Source: a bacterium (GTDB lineage: Bacteria; Hinthialibacterota; Hinthialibacteria; Hinthialibacterales; Hinthialibacteraceae). From it: a DNA stretch of 64,000 bases. The position numbers and the translations under genes are program-made. Position 1 is the first letter of the stretch; every line of letters starts with the position of its first letter. Below the pieces are notes generated by a model. It saw only the letters and a program-made list of their open reading frames with translations, had not been told where the DNA came from and did not search any database. Where the stretch lies: NCBI GenBank assembly GCA_041946805.1, contig JBHGBC010000001.1, forward strand, positions 2,866 to 66,865, in the 5' to 3' direction. This document shows positions 16,780 to 26,187 of the stretch, in pieces.

Positions 16780-18153
16780 ATGCACCGGTTGATCATTCCC
16801 CTTTGGCTTTTGACCGTCCTGACCGGGGGATATTCATGGACCGGTCCGGCAGACGAAAAGGCTGCAAGCCGTCCGGCATCCCCCGGGGCCGCTCCGCCCG
16901 CCCCGGTAGAATCTACCCATCCGTCCACGGCGGAGGCCTTCCCGCGCGCCTTGGCGTTGAAAGATTCCCACCGGTTTCCCGAGGCCATCCAGGCATTTGA
17001 AGATCTGCTGCGGAACGATCCCGGCCATCCGGAATATCATTATCATACCGCCATCCTGTTAGGTATTCTCAAACCGGATGATCCCGAGGCCGTGATCCAC
17101 CTGGAACAGGCGCTCCGCTTGTCGCCGGACAACGAAACCTACGCCAACGCCCTGGCCGAGGCGCGGCTGCGGCTGGATCTCGACGAAGAGGCGTTGGCCG
17201 CTTACCGCGATTTACGGAACCGGCATCCGGATAAACCGCGGTATGCATATCAAACCGCCGCCATTCTCGTGAAACAAAGAAATTTATCCGCCGCGCTGAA
17301 GGAGTTGGAGGAAGTCCTCGCGCAACACGGAAACGATCCCGACTGCCTGGCCCTCAAGGGACGGATTCTGGTTCTTACCGGCGATCCGCGCCAGGCGGAG
17401 CCCCTGTTGCGGACAGCCTTGGCACACCGGCCCGGGCATCTTATTGCCCTCATCGAATTGGCCAAAATCGAAGCGCAGCGGGGCGAGTGGCGCGCGGTGG
17501 AAGCCCGGTTACAGGCCGCGCTCGAAGTGAATCCTTTCATCCCGGAAATCCACAACCGGCTTGGCGCGGCGTACCAGGCCCTGGGGCGGAAGGAGGAGGC
17601 CCGCGGCCGCCTGGATGCGGCCCAACGCCTGATGAAACTCGGCGAAAGCCAGAAGGCGTTTCTCGATTACTTGATCCGGGAAGGGCCGAAAACTTTTCCA
17701 GAACACCTCGTCCTGGCCCGGGAATTCGTGCAGCTGGGACTCCACGCGATGGCCGCCCGGCTGTATGAACTCGCGCGCCGGGCCGATCCCGAAGATCAGA
17801 CGGTGCTCGTGCCCCTGGCCTTGCTGTATCTGGAATTGAAGAATCCAGAGGAGGCCTATCGGACCATCGATCGGTTGCATGACCAAAACGAATGGTTTTC
17901 CGAGGCGGCGTTGACCGCGCTGGGCTGGTCGGCGTTTCTCACCGGGCGGGTGGAGGTGGCGCAAGGAGCCGTGGCCGCCGCCCGGGCCCATTCGGTTACC
18001 TCGGAACGTCTGACCGCGCTCGCGGCCGCGTTGGAAAACCGGCCCCGCGCGTGGGATTCCCGGATTGGAAACCCTCTCGCGATCCTGACGGTCATTTTCT
18101 TGTGCGGGATTTTGGCCGCCTTGCGAAGGCGAAAGAAAATCCCGGCGCCGTAA
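16780..18153 (+). CDS. TPR-repeat protein, secreted or membrane-anchored
   Basis: 457 aa; N-terminal hydrophobic signal, multiple TPR-like helices, C-terminal hydrophobic helix followed by RRRKK. Confidence 0.7.
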   Translation: MHRLIIPLWLLTVLTGGYSWTGPADEKAASRPASPGAAPPAPVESTHPSTAEAFPRALALKDSHRFPEAIQAFEDLLRNDPGHPEYHYHTAILLGILKPDDPEAVIHLEQALRLSPDNETYANALAEARLRLDLDEEALAAYRDLRNRHPDKPRYAYQTAAILVKQRNLSAALKELEEVLAQHGNDPDCLALKGRILVLTGDPRQAEPLLRTALAHRPGHLIALIELAKIEAQRGEWRAVEARLQAALEVNPFIPEIHNRLGAAYQALGRKEEARGRLDAAQRLMKLGESQKAFLDYLIREGPKTFPEHLVLAREFVQLGLHAMAARLYELARRADPEDQTVLVPLALLYLELKNPEEAYRTIDRLHDQNEWFSEAALTALGWSAFLTGRVEVAQGAVAAARAHSVTSERLTALAAALENRPRAWDSRIGNPLAILTVIFLCGILAALRRRKKIPAP

Positions 18154-18177
18154 AGGACGATGCCGCTCTCCATTCCA

Positions 18178-18236
18178 CTCCCTCTCTCCCCGGAAGAGGA
18201 GAGGGCTTGGGGCCTGAATCAGGAGGGCCAGGGCGC
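18178..18236 (+). repeat. Mosaic hairpin repeat, degenerate copy C (CCTCTCTCCCC-ggaa-GAGGAGAGGG + GGGCCAGGGCG)
   Basis: Core hairpin plus a degenerate GGTGAGGG-type tail. Intergenic, upstream of the DtxR-family gene. Confidence 0.5.
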
Positions 18237-18422
18237 ACAGGATGTCCAGGAGGCTGATGGATTACGCGCGTCCCGGGAATCCATCCTCACGTTGGATTCC
18301 CATTTTCGCGGGGAAGACAGCGAATCAGCACACCGAACAGGCCGGAAGAGGGGTGGAGGGCGCTCCACAGGAAGGTGAATAGGATTTTCGATCCCGGCCG
18401 CTGGTTTTTCCGGGTTGCCCCT

Positions 18423-18451
18423 TGTCAATCCGCCGGACAAGTGTTATGCTA
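18423..18451 (+). promoter_or_regulatory. Candidate sigma-70 promoter (TTGTCA-N17-TATGCT) for the DtxR-family regulator gene
   Basis: TTGTCA at 18423-18428, a 17-nt spacer, TATGCT at 18446-18451. The spacer contains TTGTC..GACAA with inverted ends. Predicted from sequence only. Confidence 0.35.
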
Positions 18452-18532
18452 CTAAAACAAAATGAAGGATGGGCTAACCAGGATGTGGACCCGGCGGTTT
18501 CATCCGCACTTGGGAACCCAGGGGATAAGCGG

Positions 18533-19135
18533 ATGACGGTGCTGACCAACGATTCCACGTATTGGCGGGCCTTTGAAGAAAACCAACTGACGCATTCGGT
18601 GGCCCATTACCTGATGGCGGTGGATCATCTCCGGAACGAGTTGGGGTACGCCCGGGTCACGGATGTGGCGAACTTGTTGGACATCTCCCGGGGCGCCGCT
18701 TCCCTGGCTCTGTCCCATCTCAAGGAGCGGGAGCTGATCAAGGAAGATCCCAACCGCTTTTTGTTGCTGACCAATGAAGGGGAACGGCTGGCGCGCACCG
18801 TGGAACACAACTATGTCCTGCTCACGTGTTTCTTCGAGAACGTTCTGGGCATCACTCCGGAAACCGCCCGGGCGGACGCTTGCAAAATGGAACATTTGTT
18901 GAGCATGGAAACCTCGAACGCGCTGGTGCGGTTCTTGCGCGTCTTGCTGTCCAACCGCAAATGGGTTCAGGAGCTTGCGCAGAAATTGGACCGGATGGAG
19001 GATATCTGCGATCTCGACACCCCCTGTCCTCTCTGTGAACCGGTAGGCCAATGTCTGATGCCCAAGACCGACCGGTTTCAGGAATGCCCCCTGATTCCCG
19101 CCGGGGAAGCCCCATCGAAAAAGGTGAAAGGATAA
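18533..19135 (+). CDS. DtxR/IdeR/MntR-family metal-dependent transcriptional regulator
   Basis: Aligns with the DtxR N-terminal HTH and metal-site region (HYLMAVDHL..RVTDVANLL.ISRGAAS; ARADACKMEHLLSMETSNALVRFL ~ [22 protein letters not shown]). The ORF track begins at 18422, but homology starts near the ATG at 18533. Confidence 0.7.
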   Translation: MTVLTNDSTYWRAFEENQLTHSVAHYLMAVDHLRNELGYARVTDVANLLDISRGAASLALSHLKERELIKEDPNRFLLLTNEGERLARTVEHNYVLLTCFFENVLGITPETARADACKMEHLLSMETSNALVRFLRVLLSNRKWVQELAQKLDRMEDICDLDTPCPLCEPVGQCLMPKTDRFQECPLIPAGEAPSKKVKG

Positions 19136-19141
19136 GGCAAC

Positions 19142-19447
19142 GTGTCCAACACGCAACTGTGCCATTGCGCCTCTGGTACTCATGGAATCATCACCCGGGT
19201 GGAAGGCGATTCCCATGTCACCGCCCGGCTGCGGGAAATGGGCGTTCTGCCCGGCCAATGGGTGCGCATGATCAAACCGGGCAATCCCGTGATCTTTCAA
19301 ATCGGCGATTCGCGCCTGTGTGTCCGGGCCAACCAGCTGCTGGGCGTAGCGGTCGACACGTATCCGAATCCTTCCCGTGAAAGTATGATCCCCCTCGATT
19401 TGGCGTTCGCGCCGGAACCAATCGGGGCGGCGGACCAAACGGAATAA
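19142..19447 (+). CDS. feoA: FeoA-domain protein
   Basis: 101 aa; SH3-like FeoA pattern (GIITRVEGDSHVTARLREMGVLPGQWVRMIKPGNPVIFQIGDSRLCVRANQL). Confidence 0.8.
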   Translation: MSNTQLCHCASGTHGIITRVEGDSHVTARLREMGVLPGQWVRMIKPGNPVIFQIGDSRLCVRANQLLGVAVDTYPNPSRESMIPLDLAFAPEPIGAADQTE

Positions 19448-19518
19448 ATCCACGACGACATGGTCAGGATTCCATATAGAGGCGGCCGGAAGGCCGCCTT
19501 CCAGAGAGATTGGTAGAG

Positions 19519-19538
19519 TATAATAGCATGCTATTATA
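19519..19538. promoter_or_regulatory. Perfect 20-bp palindrome TATAATAGCATGCTATTATA overlapping a TATAAT -10 hexamer, between feoA and feoB; candidate metalloregulator operator
   Basis: The sequence is its own reverse complement. ATAAT/ATTAT arms are Fur-box-like. It lies 55 nt upstream of the feoB start. Confidence 0.5.
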
Positions 19539-19592
19539 TAATTAAGATCCGGAAAACCCTCCTGTCTTCACCACTCATTTCCGGATGGATCG

Positions 19593-21980
19593 ATGAACCG
19601 AATGAACCAGTCCGCTGCCGCCACTCCGTCATCCCCCACTGACCACCGCCTGGTCCGGGCCGCCCTGGTGGGCAATCCCAACACCGGCAAAACCACCTTG
19701 TTCAATGCCCTGACGGGATTGAATCACAAAGTGGGGAATTATCCCGGCGTCACCGTCGAGAGGAAAACCGGCCGCTTCCTGCGGGACGACATGGAAGTGG
19801 AACTGCTCGATCTGCCCGGCACTTACAGCCTGGCGGCCCGCTCGCCGGACGAGATGGTGGTGGTGGACGTGCTGCTGGGGCAACAGAAGGGCGAGGACCC
19901 CATCGACGCCGTCATCGCCATCGTGGACGCCTCCAACATCACCCGGAACTTCTACCTGGTCAGCCAGGTGCTGGAGTTGGGCCTGCCCGTGGCGATCGCC
20001 CTGAACATGACTGATCTGGCCGAAGCCAAGGGGATTCATATCGACGCCACGGGGCTGTCCCACCGGCTGGGCGCGCCCATCGTCCCGCTTTGCGCGAGCC
20101 GCCGTCAGGGAGTGGAACAACTGCAAAAGGCTCTGCGGGAGGTGTTGGCTCGTACGGATCGAACGCCGATCGAATCCCCCATTTTTCCCGAGAAATTGCG
20201 CCTGGCGCTCTACGAGTTGAAACAGGCCATCCAGGCTGGGCCCGGTCCAGCCGTTCCGGTCCCGGAGCCCAAACTGTTCCGGGCCTTGATCGACACGGGC
20301 GGCTATACCGAAAGACGGCTGGTGGAACAGTTGGGCGAACCATTTCGAGCGAAACTGGCGGCCGCCCGTCAAGCGGCCGGCTATGCGCTGCCCCTCGCCG
20401 CCATCGAAACCAAAACCCGCTACGAGTGGGTTGCGGCTCTTCTGAATCCGTACGTCAAACGGCCCGAAGCGTTGATCCCGACCCGTTCCGACCGGATCGA
20501 CAAAATTCTGACCCACCGTTTCTTTGGCACCGTGATCTTCCTGGGCCTGATGGCTTTCGTGTTCCAGGCGATCTATGCCGGCGCGTCGCCATTGATGGAA
20601 CTCATCGACTTGTTTTTCGTCTGGCTGGGCGGCGGCGTGTCACGCTTCCTGCCCGACGGCGCCCTGCGCAGTTTGTTGGTGGATGGAGTGATTTCGGGCG
20701 TGGGGGCGGTGCTGGTGTTTCTGCCGCAGATCGCCATCCTGTTCTTCTTCATCGCTATTTTGGAAGACTGCGGCTACATGCCCCGCGCCGCCTACCTGAT
20801 GGACCGCCTTCTATCCAAGTGCGGATTGTCCGGCAAATCGTTCATCCCCATGCTCTCCAGTTTCGCCTGCGCGGTCCCTGGCATCATGGCCACCCGGACC
20901 ATCGAGGACCGGCGCGACCGGATCACCACCATGCTCGTCGCTCCCTTGATGAGCTGCTCGGCGCGGCTGCCGGTGTACCTCATCTTCATCGCGGCCATGA
21001 TTCCCGGCCGGGCGGTGCTCGGCGGCTGGGTGGGGCTGCAAGGATTGACACTGTTCGGACTCTATCTGATCGGCATCACCGTGGCCGTTCCCATGGCTTG
21101 GCTCATCAAGTATTTCTTTTTCAAGAACGAATCCTCCCCGTTTGTGATGGAATTGCCTTCGTACAAATGGCCCACGCCCCGCACCGTGGCCCTGTACGTG
21201 TACGACAGCGCCGTCGAGTTCGTGCGCCGGGCGGGAACCATCATCTTCTGCGTGGCGATCGTCGTCTGGGCGCTGGCGTACTTTCCCCATCCCGCATCCA
21301 TCGGCGAAGGGTACGTGCATGCCCGCCGGGCGGCGTGGGAAGAACACGAACGGGACCTTCTCCCCCTATTGCATGCCTTGGATCCCCGACGCTACGGGCC
21401 GGAACTAAGCGGAGAAGCATTGCAAGCGGCGCTGGCGGCGGATATCCGCTTGCAAGACGATGAATCCATGCCCGCCGAATGGCAGCCGGTCCGGGCCCGG
21501 ATCGAGGCCTATCAGGTCCACTTGGCTCGGCTGAACAACCAGGAAGCGGGCGATTATCTCCGGCATAGCTGGCTGGGCCGTATGGGGCACATTATCGCGC
21601 CGCTGGCCGAGCCGCTGGGCTGGGACTGGCGGATCGGCATGGCCACTCTGGCTTCGTTCCCCGCGCGGGAGATCATCGTGGCGGTGCTGGGAACCATTTT
21701 CAACCTGGGGGCGGACGCGGACGAGTATTCGCTCAGCCTCCGCGACGCCATCCGCCAGGCGCGGCGGGATGACGGCCGGCCGCTGTTCTCGATCGCGGTG
21801 GCGCTGTCGGTCATGGTCTTCTTCGCGCTGTGTTCGCAATGCGCGGCCACGCTGGCCACCATCAAGCGCGAAAGCAATTCCTACCGCTGGCCGGTATTCA
21901 CCTTCGCGTATTTGACCACCCTGGCCTACCTGGGCGCGTTGATCACCTATCAGATGGCTTGCCGGCTGGGGTTGGGGTGA
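19593..21980 (+). CDS. feoB: Ferrous iron transport protein B
   Basis: 795 aa; N-terminal G-domain (GNPNTGKTTLFNALTG, DLPGTYS), followed by a long polytopic membrane domain with gate motifs. Confidence 0.95.
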   Translation: MNRMNQSAAATPSSPTDHRLVRAALVGNPNTGKTTLFNALTGLNHKVGNYPGVTVERKTGRFLRDDMEVELLDLPGTYSLAARSPDEMVVVDVLLGQQKGEDPIDAVIAIVDASNITRNFYLVSQVLELGLPVAIALNMTDLAEAKGIHIDATGLSHRLGAPIVPLCASRRQGVEQLQKALREVLARTDRTPIESPIFPEKLRLALYELKQAIQAGPGPAVPVPEPKLFRALIDTGGYTERRLVEQLGEPFRAKLAAARQAAGYALPLAAIETKTRYEWVAALLNPYVKRPEALIPTRSDRIDKILTHRFFGTVIFLGLMAFVFQAIYAGASPLMELIDLFFVWLGGGVSRFLPDGALRSLLVDGVISGVGAVLVFLPQIAILFFFIAILEDCGYMPRAAYLMDRLLSKCGLSGKSFIPMLSSFACAVPGIMATRTIEDRRDRITTMLVAPLMSCSARLPVYLIFIAAMIPGRAVLGGWVGLQGLTLFGLYLIGITVAVPMAWLIKYFFFKNESSPFVMELPSYKWPTPRTVALYVYDSAVEFVRRAGTIIFCVAIVVWALAYFPHPASIGEGYVHARRAAWEEHERDLLPLLHALDPRRYGPELSGEALQAALAADIRLQDDESMPAEWQPVRARIEAYQVHLARLNNQEAGDYLRHSWLGRMGHIIAPLAEPLGWDWRIGMATLASFPAREIIVAVLGTIFNLGADADEYSLSLRDAIRQARRDDGRPLFSIAVALSVMVFFALCSQCAATLATIKRESNSYRWPVFTFAYLTTLAYLGALITYQMACRLGLG

Positions 21981-21992
21981 AAGGAGAACCTC

Positions 21993-22274
21993 ATGGATTG
22001 GCAGGAACTCATCGCATTGCTCATCGCCGCCGCCTGCGGGTATTCCGCGTTTCGCTCGTTCCGGGCCTCCTGGAAGGGACAGGGCGGGTGCGCGAAATGC
22101 CCCGCGGGCAAGCCCAAGCCGGTGGGGATTGGCGGGATCGGCTTACCGGGGAAGAAGATAGATCCAGCTAAGTACAAGGAAAAAATAAACATCTCTTCCC
22201 TCACCCCAATCCTCTCCCAGAGGGAGAGGGAGCAGAAACGAGACCCGTATCATTTTCCGAAAAGTGGTTTGTGA
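21993..22274 (+). CDS. FeoB-associated Cys-rich small membrane protein; 3' end extended into a repeat element
   Basis: MDWQELIALLIAAACGYSAFRSFRASWKGQGGCAKCPAGK is one TM helix plus a Cys-rich tail, as in FeoB-associated Cys-rich proteins. AAGGAGAA RBS 5 nt upstream. The last ~25 codons (..ISSLTPILSQREREQ..) are encoded by repeat copy D. Confidence 0.55.
   Translation: MDWQELIALLIAAACGYSAFRSFRASWKGQGGCAKCPAGKPKPVGIGGIGLPGKKIDPAKYKEKINISSLTPILSQREREQKRDPYHFPKSGL
22194..22233 (-). repeat. Mosaic hairpin repeat, copy D (reverse orientation: TCCCTCACCC..CCTCTCCC-agag-GGAGAGGG)
   Basis: Core consensus. Lies inside the 3' end of the small ORF that follows feoB. Confidence 0.7.
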
Positions 22275-22425
22275 AATAGCGTTCGCAAGTGTTTTCTGAT
22301 TTCCAAATAGGGGACTATTTATCACTCCCTCATTTGTATTGGATCATGATGTGGAAAATGGGTATGCACTAGGGCGTTGCATTTCCCATGTGTGGAGCCG
22401 CCAATCATCACTTCCCGCTAAACCA

Positions 22426-22466
22426 TTCCCTCTCCCCCCGGGCGAGGGCCAGGGTGAGGGAAACGG
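22426..22466 (+). repeat. Mosaic hairpin repeat, copy E
   Basis: CCCTCTCCCC-ccgg-GCGAGGGCCAGGGTGAGGGAAA, forward-orientation core. Confidence 0.7.
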
Positions 22467-22519
22467 TAATGAATGCATCTTTCAATTCAGAAGCATATCC
22501 TTCGTAAATCACTCCCCCC

Positions 22520-23569
22520 TCACGCCACCGGAGTGCCGTACATCGGCCCCCAGGCGTTGGCCAGCTCGCGGCCGCGTTGCTCCACGGTTTTTTTCTCCGC
22601 TTCGGTGAACGGCTTGAAATTCCTCACGCGTTGGACCGCCGCCTCCAACTCGTCGAGCGTGCGCACGCCGAGATTCGCCGAGCAGACGCCCGGGATTCCC
22701 AAGGCGTACCGGACGCAGAGGTCCAGGTTCTCATCCGCCAGGCGCGCCTTGCCGCCGCTCCAATTCCCCGCGCCGCCCAGGACCTTCATGGCGATCAGCC
22801 CCTTGTTTTTCTGCTGGGCCGGCTCGAAGACCTTCTCTTCGAAATTGTATTGATGCCGCGCCACGAAATTCACCGCGCACATGAAGACATCGATTTCGTC
22901 CCGCTCCAGCACCGCTTTGAACCGGGTCGGATACAGGTGTCCGGAGACGCCGATGGCTTTCACCACGCCCTGTTTTTTGGCTTCCACCAGCGCGGCCAGT
23001 ATTCCTTGCGGACCTAGCAATTCCTTCACATCCGCGAACCGGCCTTCCATGCCCAGATTGTGGATGTACACCAGATCGAGATACTCGGTCTGCAGCCGTT
23101 TCAGGCTTTTCCGCAGCAGCTCCCAGCCTTCCTTGTACGCGGCTGCCTCGTTCTTGGTCGCCAGGAAGACCTTCTCCCGTTTCCCTTGGAGAATTTCCCC
23201 CAGGTAATCTTCGGACTCATCGTAATTCGGCGCGGTGTCGATGGAGTTGACTCCCAACTCCAACGCCCGGTGCACAATCTGTCCGGCTTTTCCCAGATCC
23301 ATGAAACTGGCCCGCAAATGCCCGCAACCCAACGTCATGAGCGAGAGTTCCCGGCCGGTTCCTCCCAACACGCGGGTGGGCATTTTCACCTCTTCCCCCC
23401 GGCTCGATACGGGAGTGAACAGGCTTCCCGCGGCCAGGCCGGCGGGCAAGAGCGCTCCCGTGGTTTTCAATACATCGCGTCTCGATAATTGGATGGATGG
23501 TTCGTGACTCATGGCTCCAACATCCTTTGAAATTTGATCCGCGGTCATCATGACATGATGTGAATTCAT
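22520..23569 (-). CDS. Aldo/keto reductase with TAT signal peptide (the start could instead be the ATG at 23512)
   Basis: 349 aa; SRRDVLKTTGALLPAGLAAGS twin-arginine signal, then an AKR (Tas-like) TIM-barrel body (IDTAPNYDESEDYLG, VFLATK, IGVSGH). Confidence 0.8.
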   Translation of the reverse strand: MNSHHVMMTADQISKDVGAMSHEPSIQLSRRDVLKTTGALLPAGLAAGSLFTPVSSRGEEVKMPTRVLGGTGRELSLMTLGCGHLRASFMDLGKAGQIVHRALELGVNSIDTAPNYDESEDYLGEILQGKREKVFLATKNEAAAYKEGWELLRKSLKRLQTEYLDLVYIHNLGMEGRFADVKELLGPQGILAALVEAKKQGVVKAIGVSGHLYPTRFKAVLERDEIDVFMCAVNFVARHQYNFEEKVFEPAQQKNKGLIAMKVLGGAGNWSGGKARLADENLDLCVRYALGIPGVCSANLGVRTLDELEAAVQRVRNFKPFTEAEKKTVEQRGRELANAWGPMYGTPVA

Positions 23570-23670
23570 GTCATCCTATCATTGTTAGGGATGGGCATGG
23601 AGTGAATTGGCCCAGGTTTCTATCCCGGGAATCCATGGGATACCGCGGGATGCGATGAAAATGGTTGTAT

Positions 23671-23759
23671 TTTCCCTCACCCCGGCCCTCTCCCGGAGGC
23701 AGAGGGAGCAGAAATAGCACCAGTAGCCAGTAGGATGGGTTAGCCAAGCGTAACCCATT
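23671..23759 (-). repeat. Mosaic hairpin repeat, copy F (reverse core + GGATGGGTTAGCCAAGCGTAACCCATT module)
   Basis: TTTCCCTCACCCCGGCCCTCTCCCGGAGGCAGAGGGAGC followed by a GATGGGTT..AACCCAT hairpin module shared with copies A and N. Confidence 0.7.
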
Positions 23760-23896
23760 CTCTCCCGATCATCCTAATCATCCTGACTATCCTGATTCAG
23801 GCGGAGACCTTTTCCCCGGGCATTGCCAAGCAAGACAAATCACAGAATAGTATGCTGTATCATGATGCATTTCATCGACACATGGGAAAAATCAAA

Positions 23897-24928
23897 ATGA
23901 TCATCGGCATTTTAGGATCCGGTTCCTGGGGATGCGCGCTGTCGATCGTGCTCAGCGGCAAGGGGCACACGGTGTATCTCTGGTCCAATGATCCCCTGGA
24001 AGCGGAGAAAATCGCCAAAACCCGCCGGCTCGCGCACAAATTGCCCGGCGTGACCGTCCCGCCGGAAGTCACGGTCACCTCTGATTGGTCGTGTTTCATG
24101 CCCGAGGCGGAACTGCTGGCCGTGGCCGTGCCTTCCAAGTTCATGCGCTCCTTCGCCCGGCGGCTGGCCGAAAATCTCCAGGGAGGACCCAAGCTGATCG
24201 TCAACGCCACCAAGGGCCTGGAAGCCGGGACGCTGCTCACCATGAGTGAAGTCCTGGAAGAGGAGATCGCCGCCCGCTCCACGCCGGCGGCCCGGGGCGT
24301 CCTGGCGCTTTCCGGCCCCAGCCACGCCGAGGAGGTGGCCTTCCTCCTGCCCACCGCCATCGTCGCCGCGCATGCGGATGTGGCGCTCGCCGCCGAGGCG
24401 CAGGAAATCCTCCAGACGCCCCGCTTCCGCGTTTACGCCAACACCGACCGGAAGGGAGTGGAAATCGGCGCGGCGCTCAAGAACGTCCTGGCGGTGGCCG
24501 TGGGGATATCCGACGGCCTGGGCTTCGGCGACAACGCCCGCGCCGCCTTGATCTCACGCGGACTCTACGAGCTGAGCCTCGCCGGCCGGGGACTGGGCGC
24601 GCGTCCCGAGACTTTCACCGGCCTTTCGGGCCTCGGCGACCTGGTGGTCACCTGCACCAGCCGACACAGCCGCAACCGGAAATTCGGCGAACTCATCGCC
24701 CAGGGGTACAGCGCCGACGACGCGGAGGAAGAAATCGGCATGGTCATCGAGGGCCGCACCACCGTCCAGGCCGTCCCTGCCCTGCAAGAGCGTATCCACG
24801 CCGAACTGCCCATTTCCAACGAGGTTTATGCCATTGTTCTCGAGGGCAAGGATCCCCGCCGCGCCGTCGAAAGCCTCATGCTGCGCGGACTCAAATCCGA
24901 AACCTGGCCGGGGGCGGCCCTTGGATAA
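23897..24928 (+). CDS. gpsA: NAD(P)H-dependent glycerol-3-phosphate dehydrogenase
   Basis: MIIGILGSGSWGCALS Rossmann N-terminus and a conserved GpsA body (NATKGLE, LSGPSHAEEV, GLGDLVVTCTS). The ORF track starts 15 codons earlier, at 23852. Confidence 0.9.
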   Translation: MIIGILGSGSWGCALSIVLSGKGHTVYLWSNDPLEAEKIAKTRRLAHKLPGVTVPPEVTVTSDWSCFMPEAELLAVAVPSKFMRSFARRLAENLQGGPKLIVNATKGLEAGTLLTMSEVLEEEIAARSTPAARGVLALSGPSHAEEVAFLLPTAIVAAHADVALAAEAQEILQTPRFRVYANTDRKGVEIGAALKNVLAVAVGISDGLGFGDNARAALISRGLYELSLAGRGLGARPETFTGLSGLGDLVVTCTSRHSRNRKFGELIAQGYSADDAEEEIGMVIEGRTTVQAVPALQERIHAELPISNEVYAIVLEGKDPRRAVESLMLRGLKSETWPGAALG

Positions 24929-24993
24929 ACAGAAGGCAGGGAAGCGGAAGGGAAAAATGATTCTTATGAAGGAACCCTGGAGATGCCACGGAT

Positions 24994-25040
24994 ATCCCTC
25001 ACCCCAACCCTCTCCCGGAGGGAGAGGGAGCGGAAATGAG
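24994..25040 (-). repeat. Mosaic hairpin repeat, copy G (reverse)
   Basis: ATCCCTCACCCCAACCCTCTCCCGGAGGGAGAGGGAGCGGAAATGAG. Confidence 0.7.
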
Positions 25041-25153
25041 AGAGTTATTGTGTATTGGGACGTATTGGTTTTACGAAGGACTTCAATATGATCCACGATG
25101 GCGTGGCCTAACACCAGGATGTCACCGCCGGTCATTACCTCCCGCCCATCTAT

Positions 25154-25193
25154 CCTCTCTCCCTCTGGAAGAGGGCCGGGGTGAGGGAAAGCC
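25154..25193 (+). repeat. Mosaic hairpin repeat, copy H (forward)
   Basis: CCTCTCTCCCTCTGGAAGAGGGCCGGGGTGAGGGAAAGCC. Together with copy G it forms an inverted pair about 110 bp apart. Confidence 0.7.
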
Positions 25194-25242
25194 TTTCTTC
25201 CTGGCCTGCATCTCAAGGAGTGGGTTTTTCAACGTATCGGAT

Positions 25243-26028
25243 TTACTTCCCCTCGGGGAAATAACCCAAATCCGGCAGAAACTCGACGTGCATCATCTCC
25301 TCGATCCGCCGCACGAGAGGCGCGTTCTTCTTCAAAAACGCGGCGTATTCGGGTCCTAACAGTGCCATGTCTTTGGGGTTTTCCTCCAGGAACTGAGGCA
25401 GATCCTGGGTTTGAATCGCCACCATATACGCGGGGGTGTCAGGGCCGAACAACACTTCATACACAAAGTAATCCAGGCGGGATTTCTTGCTCTTGTGCAA
25501 GGCCAGCGCTTCCTTGAATATTCCTGGAATTTCAAATCCGGCTTCCGGTTTGAAATAGTAGGTCACGACATAAACATTAAAGGATTTCATGATGTCGAAC
25601 TCAAACACCGCTTCATCCGGCATGTAAGACAGTTCGGGGTGTGACACGATGATCATGGTCGAGGAAGACAGGATATTTTCAGCGTTTTGTGTCATCAATG
25701 CCTTGAATTTCTCGGATCCCACCGCCTGCTCCACTTTCTGGAAGGCTTCCATCCCTTTGTCCAAGGCGGCAAAACCCTCGATCGGCATCGCGTAATAGAA
25801 CGACGACAAGTAGCGGAAAGCCAAGGACGCATACGGCCAGTTCCCTTGCTTGAACATCTCGTTGATTTCCTTGGCGGCCGCTATGTAGGCCTCCTCCTGG
25901 CCGACCTTCACATCATCCCGCATGAGCAGAAATATCTGCGGTTCCGGTTCTTCCCGCGAAAAAGAATTGGATCCGGGAATCAGTATCAGAGTGACAAAAA
26001 CCGGGATGAACAGCCAACGTGCTTTCAT
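25243..26028 (-). CDS. Secreted hypothetical protein, paralog 1 of a tandem pair
   Basis: Signal peptide MKARWLFIPVFVTLILIPGSNSFS, with AGGAGG about 6 nt upstream of this ATG. About 50% identity to the downstream paralog across the full length. The ORF track extends to 26073. Confidence 0.6.
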   Translation of the reverse strand: MKARWLFIPVFVTLILIPGSNSFSREEPEPQIFLLMRDDVKVGQEEAYIAAAKEINEMFKQGNWPYASLAFRYLSSFYYAMPIEGFAALDKGMEAFQKVEQAVGSEKFKALMTQNAENILSSSTMIIVSHPELSYMPDEAVFEFDIMKSFNVYVVTYYFKPEAGFEIPGIFKEALALHKSKKSRLDYFVYEVLFGPDTPAYMVAIQTQDLPQFLEENPKDMALLGPEYAAFLKKNAPLVRRIEEMMHVEFLPDLGYFPEGK

Positions 26029-26187
26029 GGCACACCTCCTCAATGAATTGGATTTTTCGAAGACGCCGCACATGGATGGATAGGATGATTGTGGGGATTA
26101 TTAGAATGAATTAATAGGGGCCTTCACAAATAAGGATCATCCGGGAAGTGGATGCATAATGAAGGACAATCGATTCCTTTCACACCG

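Noticed and set aside
22143-22608. Track ORFs 22143..22325(-) and 22339..22608(+) containing PLPLGEDWGEG / PLPPGEGQGEGNG
   Set aside because: Both are translations across repeat copies D and E. They have no RBS, are short, and the 'GEGxGEG' signature recurs wherever the DNA repeat occurs (24554..25216, 25036..25359, 31357..31632, 33660..33968, 42619..42939, 4010..4228). They are artefacts of the repeat, not genes.
22520-23569. Considered whether the aldo/keto reductase, gpsA and the paralog pair form a repeat-bounded mobile island
   Set aside because: The genes are housekeeping or periplasmic with native-looking GC. The repeats are equally frequent elsewhere, so I report repeat enrichment but not a discrete mobile element.
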